From: Octopus vulgaris
Lineage: Eukaryota
DNA: 64,000 nucleotides
Assembly (NCBI GenBank): GCA_951406725.2
Contig: OX597818.1
Span: forward strand, 18,724,001 to 18,788,000
Reading direction: 5' to 3'
Both the position numbers and the translations under genes were made by a program. The notes under the pieces are model-generated. The model had not been told where the DNA came from. It was given only the letters and a program-made list of their open reading frames with translations, and searched no databases. Below, in pieces: positions 25,731 through 37,979 of this stretch. The first letter of the stretch is position 1. The number at the start of each line of letters is the position of its first letter.

Positions 25731-28700
25731 AATAAATAAATAAATAAACGTAAACAGGTTTGACCTTTTACTGACCATTAACGTCCTTTGTCTCCATCTA
25801 CCGTGGCTATTTATAGACCCAAAGAACATGAATTCTTTAACCACCCATTCTCCAACACAATGGAGTGTTGATGGTGGCTGTGGCTACACATAAAACAATG
25901 TCATTGAAGATGATGATGGTGATGGTGATGTTGCTGATGATGGTGATGGTGGTGAAGATGATAGTAATAACAATAATAACTGACAGATCCCGTCTTTTTC
26001 CCTTTCTTTTCGTTTCCTTCTCCGTATTTTATTCTCATTATTTCGAACTAATACAGACACAGTAAGCCTTGAAGAAAGGAAGAGGAGGAAAGGAAAAAAA
26101 AAAAAAAAAAAAAAATGTCCGGAGATAAAACTATCAACAAAAAAAATACAGACGAATATAGATCTGCTAGTCTTAAGAAGCGGCGCTATGAGCAATGCTT
26201 ACACGTAGTGAACCCTAAACTGACAGATCCATCTCCTAATATAAGAATGGATGCTCGTCATGCTTCAAGGTCAACAAATCAAACAATAAACCGCATTGGT
26301 CATTGCGCGGATTACAAAAGACCACGTACCCGAAAATTGAACCAAATCCTGATTGAAAAATCAGTTACTGGATCAAATCTTCCCAACACACAGGAGCTGG
26401 ACGAACCCCACAACCGGAATATTCCAACAGATGGCCATCCATGCTCATCACCAAATAATCAAAAGAAAAAGAAGGAAAAATGGTCTAGGGAAGATAATAA
26501 AGAAGTTCTTGAGGCCTTCTACCATGCCATATATTTCCCCACAGATAAGTCTAGCACTGTACAAGCATACTTAAACTGGAGACAGAAACACCCTGAAGTA
26601 AGACCCTACATAGACAGTAACAAGCTTGCCAATGTTAGAAGAAACATTATAAAAAAGAAATTACTGACTGAAGTAGAGATTGATCAGGTTAGACAAGCAA
26701 TATCGGATAAAATGAACGAAGCTGCAGCTAGAGAAGATAATACAGAGGAAATGATTATAGACCAGCCCAGGGCGGATAAAAACGAAGAGAGGATTGAAAG
26801 AGTTAGTATAAGTGATAGGCAAAGTGAAATACGCCCTGAACCAATCATAAACACTAAGACAGATGAGCATCAAATAGATAAAGAAAGTCACACAAATATT
26901 GACCCAACAGAACTACATGAGCTAAAAAATCAAATCATGATTGAATGGCTGAAAATTAAAGAAACCAGCATGGATGAGCGTGATACACTTCCTAAAATCC
27001 GCAACTCTAACCAAAACATGAAAATAATTGGTAAAATCCGGCTTGCACTTAAGGATATAATTTCAGTTAATGATGTTGATATCACAAACCTCAACCACCT
27101 ATACTATGCATCCGCGAAAATCTCAACGATCCTATGTGGTGTAAAGATTAGAAAACGGCAACAGTCCCACAAAAAGCCTTCTTGGCAAGAGCGTCTGCAA
27201 CAACAAATTAAAATATTTAGATCTGACATTGAATATTTGAAAAACCTTAAGGCTCACAAGATTACCAAACCTACAAAAACCCAAAAATTACTGAAAAAAT
27301 ACAATATGAAAACTATACTTGATATTGATGCCACCATAGAAACCATCAAAGAAAAGGTATCTGCCAAAGCTGCCCGCATAGCGAGGTATGAAAAGCGTGT
27401 TAGATTTTTCAAGGACAACAACATGTTCAAAAATAACACCAAGAATTTTTACAGGAAGATAGGAAAAACAGCGTTTACTGCAGGGTCTGTACCATCAAAA
27501 GAAGAAGTGCAGAGATTTTGGAATAAAATCTGGGCAGAAGAAAAAACACACAACGAAAAGGCCCCCTGGATTGACAGAATATCTACAGAACTGGACCCCT
27601 TAGAAGAGCAAAAGTGGGAGGGTGTCAAGGTAGAAGATATAAGATCTGCTCTCAGGAGGTCAAGCAAATGGAAGTCTCCAGGAAAGGATAAAATTCCTAA
27701 CTTCTGGCTGAATGCCTTCCCAGAGAGCCATGAACTGCTAACAGAACTGTACAATGATGTTTTGCAACACCCTAGTAGGATGCCTCCTTGGCTAGTTAAT
27801 GGGTTAACATTCCTGCTTCCAAAAAGTGAAGAAACAAATGAACCAAAAAACTATAGACCCATAACTTGCTTAACAACTATGTACAAAACACTAACATCTG
27901 TCCTGACGGAATATACCTATAGTTTTTTAACAGACAGCAGCATATTCCCTAATGAACAGAAAGGATGTAAACGTGGATCCTACGGCTGTAAAGACCAACT
28001 ACTCATCAATAAGATGATCTTAGAAGATTGTCACAAACGACACAAAAACTTATCAATAGCCTGGATAGACTATAAAAAGGCTTTTGATAGCCTACCACAT
28101 AGCTGGATTAGAAAATGCCTTGAAATGTATAAGATAGCACCAACTCTGCGAAACTTCTTGACTGTAAGTATGAGATCATGGAGAACCACACTAACTCTGA
28201 ACAGTGACAGTGAATTCCTAAATGCTGGTGATGTAAAAATTTCGTGTGGCATTTTCCAGGGTGACTCACTGTCACCACTCCTCTTTTGTTTATCCTTAAT
28301 ACCTCTCTCAAAGCTGCTCAATGACGCGCAGTACGGGTATAAAATGTTTGATAAAAATATAAATCATCTCGTTTACATGGATGATTTAAAGCTTTTTGCA
28401 AAAAATGATCAACAACTCAAGGGCTTACTAGCGATAGTCAAACAATTCAGTGACGACATCAGAATGCAATTCGGCCTCGATAAATGTGCAAAGGCTACCT
28501 TTATCAAAGGAAAAATGACAGAAACATCTAACGTTAACCTTGACCAACAGAATGTCATAAAAGAACTAGACCCAGCGGAGAGCTACAAGTACCTAGGGAT
28601 AATTGAAGGGAACGGAATAAGGCATTCAGAGATGAAGGAAAGGATCAGGAGAGAATGCTATCGAAGAGTGAGAGCAATACTCAAGACAGAGCTGAATGCA

Positions 28701-29957
28701 AGAAACAGGATCGAAGCAATCAATGCATTAGCTATACCAGTCGTGACTTACAGTTTCAATATTGTTAACTGGTCAATTACTGAAATATGTCAGCTCGACA
28801 GAAAAATAAGGAAACTGTTGACAATGCATAGAATGCACCACCCTAAGGCAGATACAGAACGACTCTATCTGCCAAGAAAAGAGGGAGGCCGTGGTCTTTT
28901 GCAACTGGCAATAACAATGAAGATTGCTACAATTGGCCTAGACACCTACCTGAAAAACTCTGAGGACTGGATGCTAAAACTTGTCTCAAAACATGAAAAC
29001 AAGAAAGCATCATACTCAGTCACAAAACAGGCAAAGGAATATCTAAGTGAATTCCGAATACAACCAATTTCGGAGATAGATATACAAGAAACAAGCACAG
29101 AAAAAGCTAGGCGCATGAAAACCCGTGCCAAAACTGCGGCCTTAGATATTCTGAATAATAAATGGCAAGAAAAACCTCTCTATGGCAAATACCCAAAGAG
29201 AGCGAATAATGCAGATATCGACAAAGCCCTGACCCATCAATGGCTAATGGCCTCTGGCTTAAAATCTGAAACAGAGGGGTTTATCATAGCAGCTCAAGAT
29301 CAATGCCTACCAACAAGAAACTACCAGGCCAACATATTAAAGATCAGAAGCAGTCCAACGTGTCGTGTATGCAAGCAACAAAATGAAACCATTGACCATG
29401 TGGTCTCCAAGTGCAGTCTTCTAGCGCCTACAGAGTATCTCAACAGGCACGATAGAGCTGCACAATATATTCACTGGGTAATCTGTAAAAACCTGGATTT
29501 GCCCCATGAAAAAAACTGGTGGGAACACAAACCACCCCCAGTGCTTGAAAATGACCACATCTCACTCCTCTGGAACTTCACCATTCAAACTGACAGGAAG
29601 ATAGATGCAAATAGGCCAGACATCATATTGAAAAACTTCAAACAAAGAACATGCCTCCTCATTGATATGACTGTCCCAATCGATATAAACGTATCTGTCA
29701 AGACCTACCAAAAACTGAGCAAATATAAAGATCTTGAAATAGAAATCAGCAAAATGTGGAAGCTGAAGACTAAAACAATACCTGTTGTCATAGGTGCCCT
29801 GGGAATGATAGCAAAAGGGGCTGATAGCTACCTAACTCAGATACCAGGAAACCCAAAAATGGCAGAAGTTCAAAAGATAGTGCTCATGGGAACTGCTCAT
29901 ATCCTACGCAAAATACTCTCTATGTAATCTCAAGGTTTAAAACAAACATAATTTTCG

Positions 29958-29993
<36 letters not shown>

Positions 29994-30166
29994 TTTTTTT
30001 TTTTTTTTTTTCTTTTTAGACATTCATTAGTACAACATCCCCACCCCCCAAATATATGGCACACTAGGCATAACAACAACATGAACTTCCAACCCTGTTG
30101 TCTCTTGAGGTCTCTGGGTGAGACTTGGAGCCAACTTGTACAAATATAAAGCAAAAGTCAAACATA

Positions 30167-30167
<1 letters not shown>
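25203..30167 (+). mobile_element. apparently full-length R4/Dong-clade non-LTR retrotransposon in (TAA)n
   Basis: Single long ORF, about 240-bp 3' UTR, (TAA)n directly after 30167 and before 25203; the 5' boundary is inferred from that microsatellite. Confidence 0.8.
26115..29927 (+). CDS. non-LTR retrotransposon protein: Myb-like N-terminus, reverse transcriptase, CCHC knuckle, restriction-like endonuclease
   Basis: KSPGKD, NYRPITCL, WIDYKKAFDS, GIFQGDSLSPLLF, YMDD, YKYLG; CRVC-x8-H-x4-C; RHD; RPD..LID..P..KLSKY; 1270 codons without a stop. Confidence 0.97.
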   Translation: MSGDKTINKKNTDEYRSASLKKRRYEQCLHVVNPKLTDPSPNIRMDARHASRSTNQTINRIGHCADYKRPRTRKLNQILIEKSVTGSNLPNTQELDEPHNRNIPTDGHPCSSPNNQKKKKEKWSREDNKEVLEAFYHAIYFPTDKSSTVQAYLNWRQKHPEVRPYIDSNKLANVRRNIIKKKLLTEVEIDQVRQAISDKMNEAAAREDNTEEMIIDQPRADKNEERIERVSISDRQSEIRPEPIINTKTDEHQIDKESHTNIDPTELHELKNQIMIEWLKIKETSMDERDTLPKIRNSNQNMKIIGKIRLALKDIISVNDVDITNLNHLYYASAKISTILCGVKIRKRQQSHKKPSWQERLQQQIKIFRSDIEYLKNLKAHKITKPTKTQKLLKKYNMKTILDIDATIETIKEKVSAKAARIARYEKRVRFFKDNNMFKNNTKNFYRKIGKTAFTAGSVPSKEEVQRFWNKIWAEEKTHNEKAPWIDRISTELDPLEEQKWEGVKVEDIRSALRRSSKWKSPGKDKIPNFWLNAFPESHELLTELYNDVLQHPSRMPPWLVNGLTFLLPKSEETNEPKNYRPITCLTTMYKTLTSVLTEYTYSFLTDSSIFPNEQKGCKRGSYGCKDQLLINKMILEDCHKRHKNLSIAWIDYKKAFDSLPHSWIRKCLEMYKIAPTLRNFLTVSMRSWRTTLTLNSDSEFLNAGDVKISCGIFQGDSLSPLLFCLSLIPLSKLLNDAQYGYKMFDKNINHLVYMDDLKLFAKNDQQLKGLLAIVKQFSDDIRMQFGLDKCAKATFIKGKMTETSNVNLDQQNVIKELDPAESYKYLGIIEGNGIRHSEMKERIRRECYRRVRAILKTELNARNRIEAINALAIPVVTYSFNIVNWSITEICQLDRKIRKLLTMHRMHHPKADTERLYLPRKEGGRGLLQLAITMKIATIGLDTYLKNSEDWMLKLVSKHENKKASYSVTKQAKEYLSEFRIQPISEIDIQETSTEKARRMKTRAKTAALDILNNKWQEKPLYGKYPKRANNADIDKALTHQWLMASGLKSETEGFIIAAQDQCLPTRNYQANILKIRSSPTCRVCKQQNETIDHVVSKCSLLAPTEYLNRHDRAAQYIHWVICKNLDLPHEKNWWEHKPPPVLENDHISLLWNFTIQTDRKIDANRPDIILKNFKQRTCLLIDMTVPIDINVSVKTYQKLSKYKDLEIEISKMWKLKTKTIPVVIGALGMIAKGADSYLTQIPGNPKMAEVQKIVLMGTAHILRKILSM

Positions 30168-30227
<60 letters not shown>

Positions 30228-30258
30228 AAGATGAAGAAGAAGAAGAATAGTAATAATG

Positions 30259-32886
30259 AGTTAGATTCTTCAGGGAGAACAGCATGTACAAAAATAACCG
30301 AAAATATTTTTACATGAGGATAGGGAAAATATCAGTTATAGTTAAGTCTGTCCCATCAAAAGTAGTTCAGGAATTTTGTAGTAAAATTTGGGCAGAAGAA
30401 AAAGCACACAATGAAAAGGCCCCTTGGATTGATAGAATATCTACAGACTTAGATTCCTTACACGAGCAAAAGTGGGAGTGTATCAAGGTAGAGGATGTAA
30501 GATCTGCTCTCAGGAAATGAAGCAAATGGAAGTCTCCAGGAAAGGATACAATACTTAAATTCTGGTTGAATACCTTCCCAGAGAGCCATGAACTGCTAAC
30601 AAAACTTTACCACAATTTTTTGCAACAACATAGAGTGATTTTCTCTTGGCTAGTTAATGGTGTAACATGAAGAAACAAATGAACCAAAAAATTATGGAAC
30701 CATAACCTGCTTAACAGCAATGTATAAAACGCTAACATCTGTCTTGTCTGAACATACCTATAGTTTTTTTAATAGAAAGTGGCATATTCCCTAATGAGCA
30801 CGAAGGATGTAAACGTAAGTTTTGTGGTTGTAAAGATCAGCTACTCATCGATAAGATGATCTTGGAAGATTGTCACAAACGACACAAAAATTTGTCGATA
30901 GCCTGGATAGACAACAAAAATGCTTTTGATAGTCTACCACATAGCTGGATTAAGAAACGTCCGGAAATGTATAAAATAGTACCTACTTAGCGAAACGTCT
31001 TGTCTGTAAGTATGAGATCATGGACTTTAAACAGTGACAATGAATCTCTTAACGCTGTAGATGTAAGAATTTCATTTGGCATGTTCCAGGTAGACTTTTT
31101 ATCATCACTCCTCTTTTGTCTAGCCTTAATACCTCTCTCGAAATTGCTCGATGATGTACAATACGGCTATAAAATGTTTGATAAAAATATAAATCGTTTC
31201 ATTTACATGGATGATTTCAAGCTCATTGCACAAAATGACCAGCAACTATAGGGTTTGCTAGCGATTGTTAAACAATTCAGTGATGACTTCAGGATGCAAT
31301 TTGGCTTCGATAGATGTGCAAAAGCTACTTTTATCAAATGAAAAATGACAGAAATATCCATTGTTAATCTTGACCAGCAGAATGTCATAAAGAATGTTTG
31401 AAGGGGGCGGAATCAAACATTCAGTGATAAGATCAGAAGAGAATGTTATCGCAGGGTAAGGGCAATACTCAAGACAGGACTGAATGCAAGAAATAGAATC
31501 GGAGCGATCAATACTTTAGCCATACCGGCCGTGACTTACAGTTTTAATATAATTAACTGGTTAGTTACTGAAACATGTAATCTCGACAGAAAAATACGAA
31601 AATTGTTGACAATGCATAGAATGCATCACCCTAAGCCAGATACAAAACGACTTTATCTGTCAAGAAAAGAGCGAGGCCGTGGACTTTTACAGCTGGAATT
31701 AACAATGAAGACTGCCAAAATTGGCCTAAACATCTACCTGAGACACTCTGATGACTGGATGTTAAAACTTGTCTCAAAGCATAAAAACAAGAAAGCATCA
31801 TTCTCAGTGACAAAACAGGCAAAAGAATATCTAAGTGAATTCCAAATACGACAACTTCCTGAGTTAGACGTACTAGAGACAAGCAGAGAAAAAGTTAAGC
31901 GTATGAAAGCCCGTGCTAAAACTGCTGCCTTAGATATTCTTTCTGATTAATGGTAAGAAAAACCTCTCAATGGCAAATACCCAAAGAGCTAATAGTGCCG
32001 ATGTTGACAAAGCCTTTACCTATCAATGGTTATTGTCTTCTGGCTGAAAATCAGAAACAGAAGGGTTTATCATAGCAACACAAGATCAATGCTTACCTAC
32101 AAGAAACTATCTGGCCGATATATTAAAGAACGGCAGTAGTCTAATATGTGTATGTCATCAACAAAATGAAACCATTGCTCATGTTGTCTCCATGTGCTGT
32201 CTTGCACCTACAGAATATCTCAGCATGCATGATAGAGCTGGGTAGTTTGCAAAAACCTGAACCTGCTCCATGATAAAAAAATGGCAGGAACACAAACCAT
32301 CTCCAGTACTTGAAAATGATCACATCCGACTCCTCTAGAATTTCACCATTCAAACTGACAGAAAGATAGGCCATGCATATAGGCCAGACATTATATTGAA
32401 ACACTTTAGACAAAAATCATGCCTCCTCATTTATATAACTGTCCCAGTCGACATAAATGTATCTGTCAAGACCTACCAAAACCTGAGCAAGTATGAAGAT
32501 CTTGAAATAGAAATTGGCAAAATGTGGAACCTCAAGACTAAAACAATACCTGTTGTCATAGATGTCTTAGGAATGATAGCAAAAAGGGCAAATTCCTACC
32601 TAGCTCTGTTACCAGGAAACCCCAAAATGGCAGAAATTCAAAAGCGAGTGCTCATAGGAACTGCCCATATCCTACGTAAAATACTATCTATGTAATCTCA
32701 AATTCTAAAACAAACTCATAACTTTCTTATGTTTTCTTAAACCTTCTCTAGAACAATACTATGAGCAAAAACCAAATATACGACCCTCTAGGCATAACTC
32801 CAATATGAAATTCCAACTTGTTGGCTCTTGAGGTCTCTGGGTGAGACTTGGAGTCAACTTGTACGAATACAAAGCAAATGTCAAAC

Positions 32887-32887
<1 letters not shown>
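30259..32887 (+). pseudogene. 5'-truncated, decayed R4/Dong copy in tandem with the intact one
   Basis: Colinear with 27400-30167; several stops and frameshifts; same 3' UTR end followed by (AAT)n. Confidence 0.92.
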
Positions 32888-32926
<39 letters not shown>

Positions 32927-32995
32927 CAACAACAACAACAACAACAATAATAATAATAATAATAATAATAATAGTAATAATAATAATAATAATAA

Positions 32996-33183
32996 ATGCC
33001 CTGATGCAGTACCAGGCAGTGGCTCTCATGGCTGCTGATCTTAACTGATTGGAAGTGTTATCATGTACATTGTTTTGTCTTGGTATAAAAGATGGGCTAC
33101 AGCAAATATTCTGCTCAATACTACACATTTGCTTGTCAGTTGTTTGACCTTAACCAGTTGACCATGTCTCTCAGTGGCTGACA
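32996..33183 (+). mobile_element. 5' part of the non-coding (AAT)n-associated repeat
   Basis: 33060-33183 nearly identical to 55834-55955; begins directly after (AAT)n. Confidence 0.7.
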
Positions 33184-34015
33184 TTTGGGCTTATTATTCA
33201 TAAGTAATATATTACCATTATCACAGCATATGTCTCCTAATAAAATCAGGAATTTTACAGTTTACGGAGTATAAACCATCCACTCAATCTGTAACCCAGC
33301 CGTGTAGCAGATTTAATTGTTTTATAAATCAGGTGCCGTTATTTTGGAGGTATATCGAATTGTAAAATGTTGCTGTTTATTCAGTATTATTTTCAATACT
33401 ACTGAACAAATCTACTTATTTCCTGCATGTTGATCCTTAAGCTTAAATTCGACTGTTCTTTCACCTTAATATAATCTTATACAAAAACCTTTTGGTAGAT
33501 TTGTTTGATTTAGTGAGGTTAATATGGAAGGCTTCCTGTTGAAATTTTACAGAAAAAATCAAGCCTCGTATGATCAAGAAGTTCAGTTCTGTAGTTCTGT
33601 AGTTCTATAGTTCTGTCGTACGAATCATGTGTGAGTTAATATGACAATCGAGATTTATTAAGATAAAAAAACAGTGTACAAGCTGCTCTTTATAGAGAAA
33701 GTAATATAATTTCTAATAAAATTATTTTATAATACTCCTCCATCACCTGCATAGCTTTCATCTTAATTTTTCCTTTATTGTTCGGTCTTATTTCCTTTTA
33801 ACAATTTTAAAAGTACATCATTTCTAGAGATAGTAAGACATTTCCTGCTTTGATTTTAATTACATATCCTTTCGTCTCTTGAGTAGCGGTCTTGGTACAA
33901 TTATTTTTTCAATATCGTAAATGAACCTTTTCAACGGGGGCGATATTTTCAAATTACTCTTTTTCATTTTCTGACCATTTTCTGGCTGTACTTTTAGTTA
34001 ATTTATTTATTCATG

Positions 34016-34083
<68 letters not shown>

Positions 34084-34516
34084 GAATTGATTAATATCTT
34101 GAGTCAATGAAACACTGTTAGAGCCGAAATCTATTTATAACAAAAGTACACATAATATATAATACCACCACTCCCTCCTTCTATCTTTATCTATGTAAAT
34201 ACATATGTATAAATATAGAGAGAGAAAAAAGAGAGGAAAATTAGAAAAACAGAAAAGGTTAAAAAGATGGAATATATTCAGGGTAAAAATTTATTGGGCC
34301 GACATTAGGAGAAGTGTAAAAAGCAATTTCTGACGTTTCGGATATAGTGCTTCTTCGAATATTGATCAGTGAAAAGGGAGAACTGAGGAACGAGGAATGA
34401 ATAAACTTAAAGAGAAAATGTCCAGGCGAAATAATTGATATACATTGGTTGGAAGCACCATACCAAAAGAAGGTTAACTGGAGAAGGGTGTTTGCATGTT
34501 GAAAAGTCTTTCTCCT

Positions 34517-34553
<37 letters not shown>

Positions 34554-34724
34554 GTGTGTGTATGTGTACGAGTGGTAGTACAAATGAGAGAAAATTGCAT
34601 TCAGCGGATTTAGTAGAAGTTACATGTATTATTTAAACAGTTTGATTCGGTTCACCGCTAGTTCAAGTTCAAGCTTTTAAATGTGTATATATGTACACAC
34701 ACACAAACACACACACACAAACAC

Positions 34725-34852
<128 letters not shown>

Positions 34853-35019
34853 AGAGAGAGAAATACCGAAAGAGGCAGAGATAAAGAAGGAAAAAGAGAA
34901 AATAGAGGAATAGAAAAGGTTAAAACAATTAATATGAGATAATGTGTGTATGTTTGTGTATATATATATATGTGTGTGTGTGTAAACACACACACGCATA
35001 CACACGCACGCACACACAG

Positions 35020-35053
<34 letters not shown>

Positions 35054-35158
35054 ATCGTCAGTAGTTCATATAGCTGGAAAAGAAGCTCACTCTAAAGCGT
35101 TAGAGCAATAATATATATTTTTGTTTTTTTAGGAAGTGAAAGGATATGGCCGATCACG

Positions 35159-35218
35159 GAGTGACCACTGGTTTCGCACCTATAAAACACTTAGCAGTGT
35201 AGTTAACTCGTCAGACTC
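35159..35218 (-). ncRNA. type I hammerhead ribozyme with canonical core
   Basis: GAGU-CUGACGA-G...ACAC(UGCUAA)GUGU...C-GAAA-CCAGUGG-UC-ACUC. Confidence 0.7.
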
Positions 35219-35396
35219 GAATGGCTGAAGCCGCATAACTGGACACTACAACTGGACGAAGAAAAACACAACGATCAGTTACGTCAGTAATAAGGCTGGT
35301 CAGCTACTTTTGTTATTTAATTGTTTACGCTGGGGAACATTTTCGAAGAAAAAGTTTAGCTGACCTGCTTTTTACAATTAATCCCACCTAATTTAG

Positions 35397-36260
35397 CACT
35401 GCTCAGTTCAGAATTGCCCTCAGAAATTACTATCACGTCAAGTTTTTGTTAAATAGAAATCAATTTTTGTTTTATTAAAAAATGTCAATTTTCCTATTAA
35501 ATGCTATACCGAAATAAAAATTTAAGACTAAGTAAATAGTACTTTTATGGTTTAACAAATATATTATGCAAAATGTTTAATTACATATCTTAGGATAGAT
35601 ATTTCTGTCAAACTGGAGATTCAGCTACTCAAGGAATAATCTTTCTCTTTGCTACTTTGCGTGAATAACTTACATCACGACCAGCAGCAGTCAGCCATCA
35701 TGTTTTGTGTTCCACCAGCTTTGATACCAAGTCTCCGTGGTGTCGATGTCATGGTGGTATCTTTTCCCTTGCTCGTCACTTATCGCACTATGATTTTCAG
35801 AAAAGCAGTCCAAATGACTATGCAAGAAATGCACTTTTACACTCATGTTGTAGCTCAGTGTTCAAGAACTGGTTAACAGGTTCTGCAAAAGTTCTTCATT
35901 ATTTGATGACTTTCTGTTTTCCAGGAAAACAGATAGAACTGCAGCAAAAGCATTCCATGCTTCTTTTTGAACGCCATACATGGTCTCCAACAGCTGATTT
36001 TCCTGCAACAGCCACCTAATCGTCTATTTTAAATGATATTGAAAAACTATGTTTTCAAAGATATTTCAAGCTCCATACATGGGTCTGCATTTGTTGTAGC
36101 CAAATCTATCCTTAGAAATGGTGACGATGTCGGGAATGCTGAAACCTTGAGCTTGTGAAACATTTTTCTCATGATAGAAGAAAATGGGTTTCATTTTTGA
36201 AATAAGCACACCAAACTTATTAGGAAACGCGTCTCAAACACCAGACAATAATCTTGTTCC
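35397..36260 (-). mobile_element. decayed DNA transposon 3' part, Chapaev3-like (CMC superfamily)
   Basis: Minus strand of about 35680-35980 reads KEAWNAF...NMSVKVHFLHSHLDCFSENHSAISDEQGKRYHHDI...MMADCCW; CACTG terminus candidate at 35397; subfamily name from memory of the motif. Confidence 0.7.
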
Positions 36261-36290
36261 TTAGTGTTATATATATATATATATATATAT

Positions 36291-36513
36291 TTCTTTACTA
36301 CCCACAAGGGGCTAAACACAGAGGAGACAAACAAGGACAGACAAACGGATTAAGTCGATTATATCGACCCCAATACGCAACTGGTACTTATTTAATCGAC
36401 CCCGAGAGGATGAAAGGCTAAGTCGACCTCGGCGGAATTTGAATCCAGGACGTAGCGGTAGACGAAATACGGCTACGCATTTCGCCCGGCGTGCTAACGA
36501 TTCTGCCAGCTCG
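36291..36513 (-). mobile_element. tRNA-derived SINE, family B
   Basis: Reverse complement of the family B head and central motif, set in (TA)n. Confidence 0.8.
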
Positions 36514-36605
36514 TTATATATATATATTTGTATGTGCGTCTATGTGCATGAATGTCAGTATGCGTGTTATACTGGAATATACAGGTTGGCCCAAAAGTAG
36601 TTTTA

Positions 36606-37210
36606 AGTTATTCAACTATCATTTGGCCAATAGGAGAGTTTGTTGTCGCTGCCCTCATTAGCACTTCCTGCCGTGAGGTAGGTTCATCTGGGACTCTCGA
36701 CAGGGAGATATCCAGTTCTGTTTTGAACACACCTACATCCACTTCGTATAGGTCCCTCAGGCGTTTTGAGAAAATATAAAAAATCTGTGGGCCCTTGAAA
36801 CTCAGGTTGCTGCAGTAATTGGTCCTGAAGCGCGACGGCATTGTTGGGATCTTTGGCACTGTGCAGTGGAGAGTTGTTCTGGCATTGTGTAGCTTTCAAT
36901 GCCCAAATTTGGCACAATCGCTTCTAGGATCTTCCAGATATTTATTACTGCATATCTCATCCGCCTACTCTCCAGGAAGTAAAGTCTGAGCTATTTCAGC
37001 CTTTCCCAGTAGCTGAGCTGTTGCAAAGGGACAATCTACTCTGTGAAGCTTCGCTAGATTACTTCAAGTTCCGCTGTTAATTTTACACGGTGGGGTGACC
37101 GTATTTGCGAGCAGTAGTTCGGGCGGCTGCGTATGAGTGTCCTCCAAAAACCATCATACTTTCCTTCTTTCTGGTTCTGAAGGTTCTCAGGATCTATCCA
37201 GCCAGCCGTT
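36606..37210 (-). mobile_element. CR1/L2-group LINE 3' fragment
   Basis: ...SFKGPQIF...RLRDLYEVDVGVFKTELDISLSRVPDEP...RAATTNS, a C-terminal ORF2 pattern. Confidence 0.65.
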
Positions 37211-37211
37211 T

Positions 37212-37586
37212 GCACATATATGTGTGCAACATGGTGATCTCATATCAAGATAAACAGCACATGACCTTGCAGGTGGGGCCCAGTTAGAATTTTCTTCAGG
37301 TCGGGTAGCCAATCCTGCTCAGGTCTCTGAATAAATTTTGTTTAGTGGGGTTGAACGAAACACCCATATTTCCAGAGGTGAATTATTCAAACTCTAAAGA
37401 ATTCCTTTCGACACATGGCTATGATGCTCTCCCACTACTTATGCTTTGTGATCAGAATGTAATAGTGTCAGCCACAAAGGGACATCCTCAACTGGAGAAG
37501 ATCAAGCAATTGACAAGCAAATTTATAGTATTGAGCAGAATATCTGTTGTAGCCTATCTTTTATACCAAGACAAAAGAATGTACAA
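37212..37586 (-). mobile_element. non-coding (AAT)n-associated repeat, diverged copy
   Basis: Reverse complement matches about 55838-56210. Confidence 0.7.
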
Positions 37587-37727
37587 TGTCTTCACGTTCT
37601 CAGTTCTAATACCGCCGAGGTCGACTTTGACTTTCCTCCCTTTGCGGTCGATAAAACAAGTATCAGATGAACACTAGTGTCGATGTAATCGACTACCCGC
37701 CATCTCCCAAGTTGCTGCCCTTAAATC

Positions 37728-37787
<60 letters not shown>

Positions 37788-37846
37788 TATCATCATTATT
37801 ATTATCATTATTGTTGTTGTTGGTGGTGGTGGTGGTAGTGTTGTTG

Positions 37847-37939
<93 letters not shown>

Positions 37940-37979
37940 GTAGTAGTAGCATTAGTAGTAGTAGTAGTAGTAGTAGTAT

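Noticed and set aside
34327-34365. Hammerhead-like GAAACGUC on the minus strand (similar weak hits at 62854-62882 plus and 63385-63410 minus)
   Set aside because: Core or stems too degraded to distinguish from chance by eye
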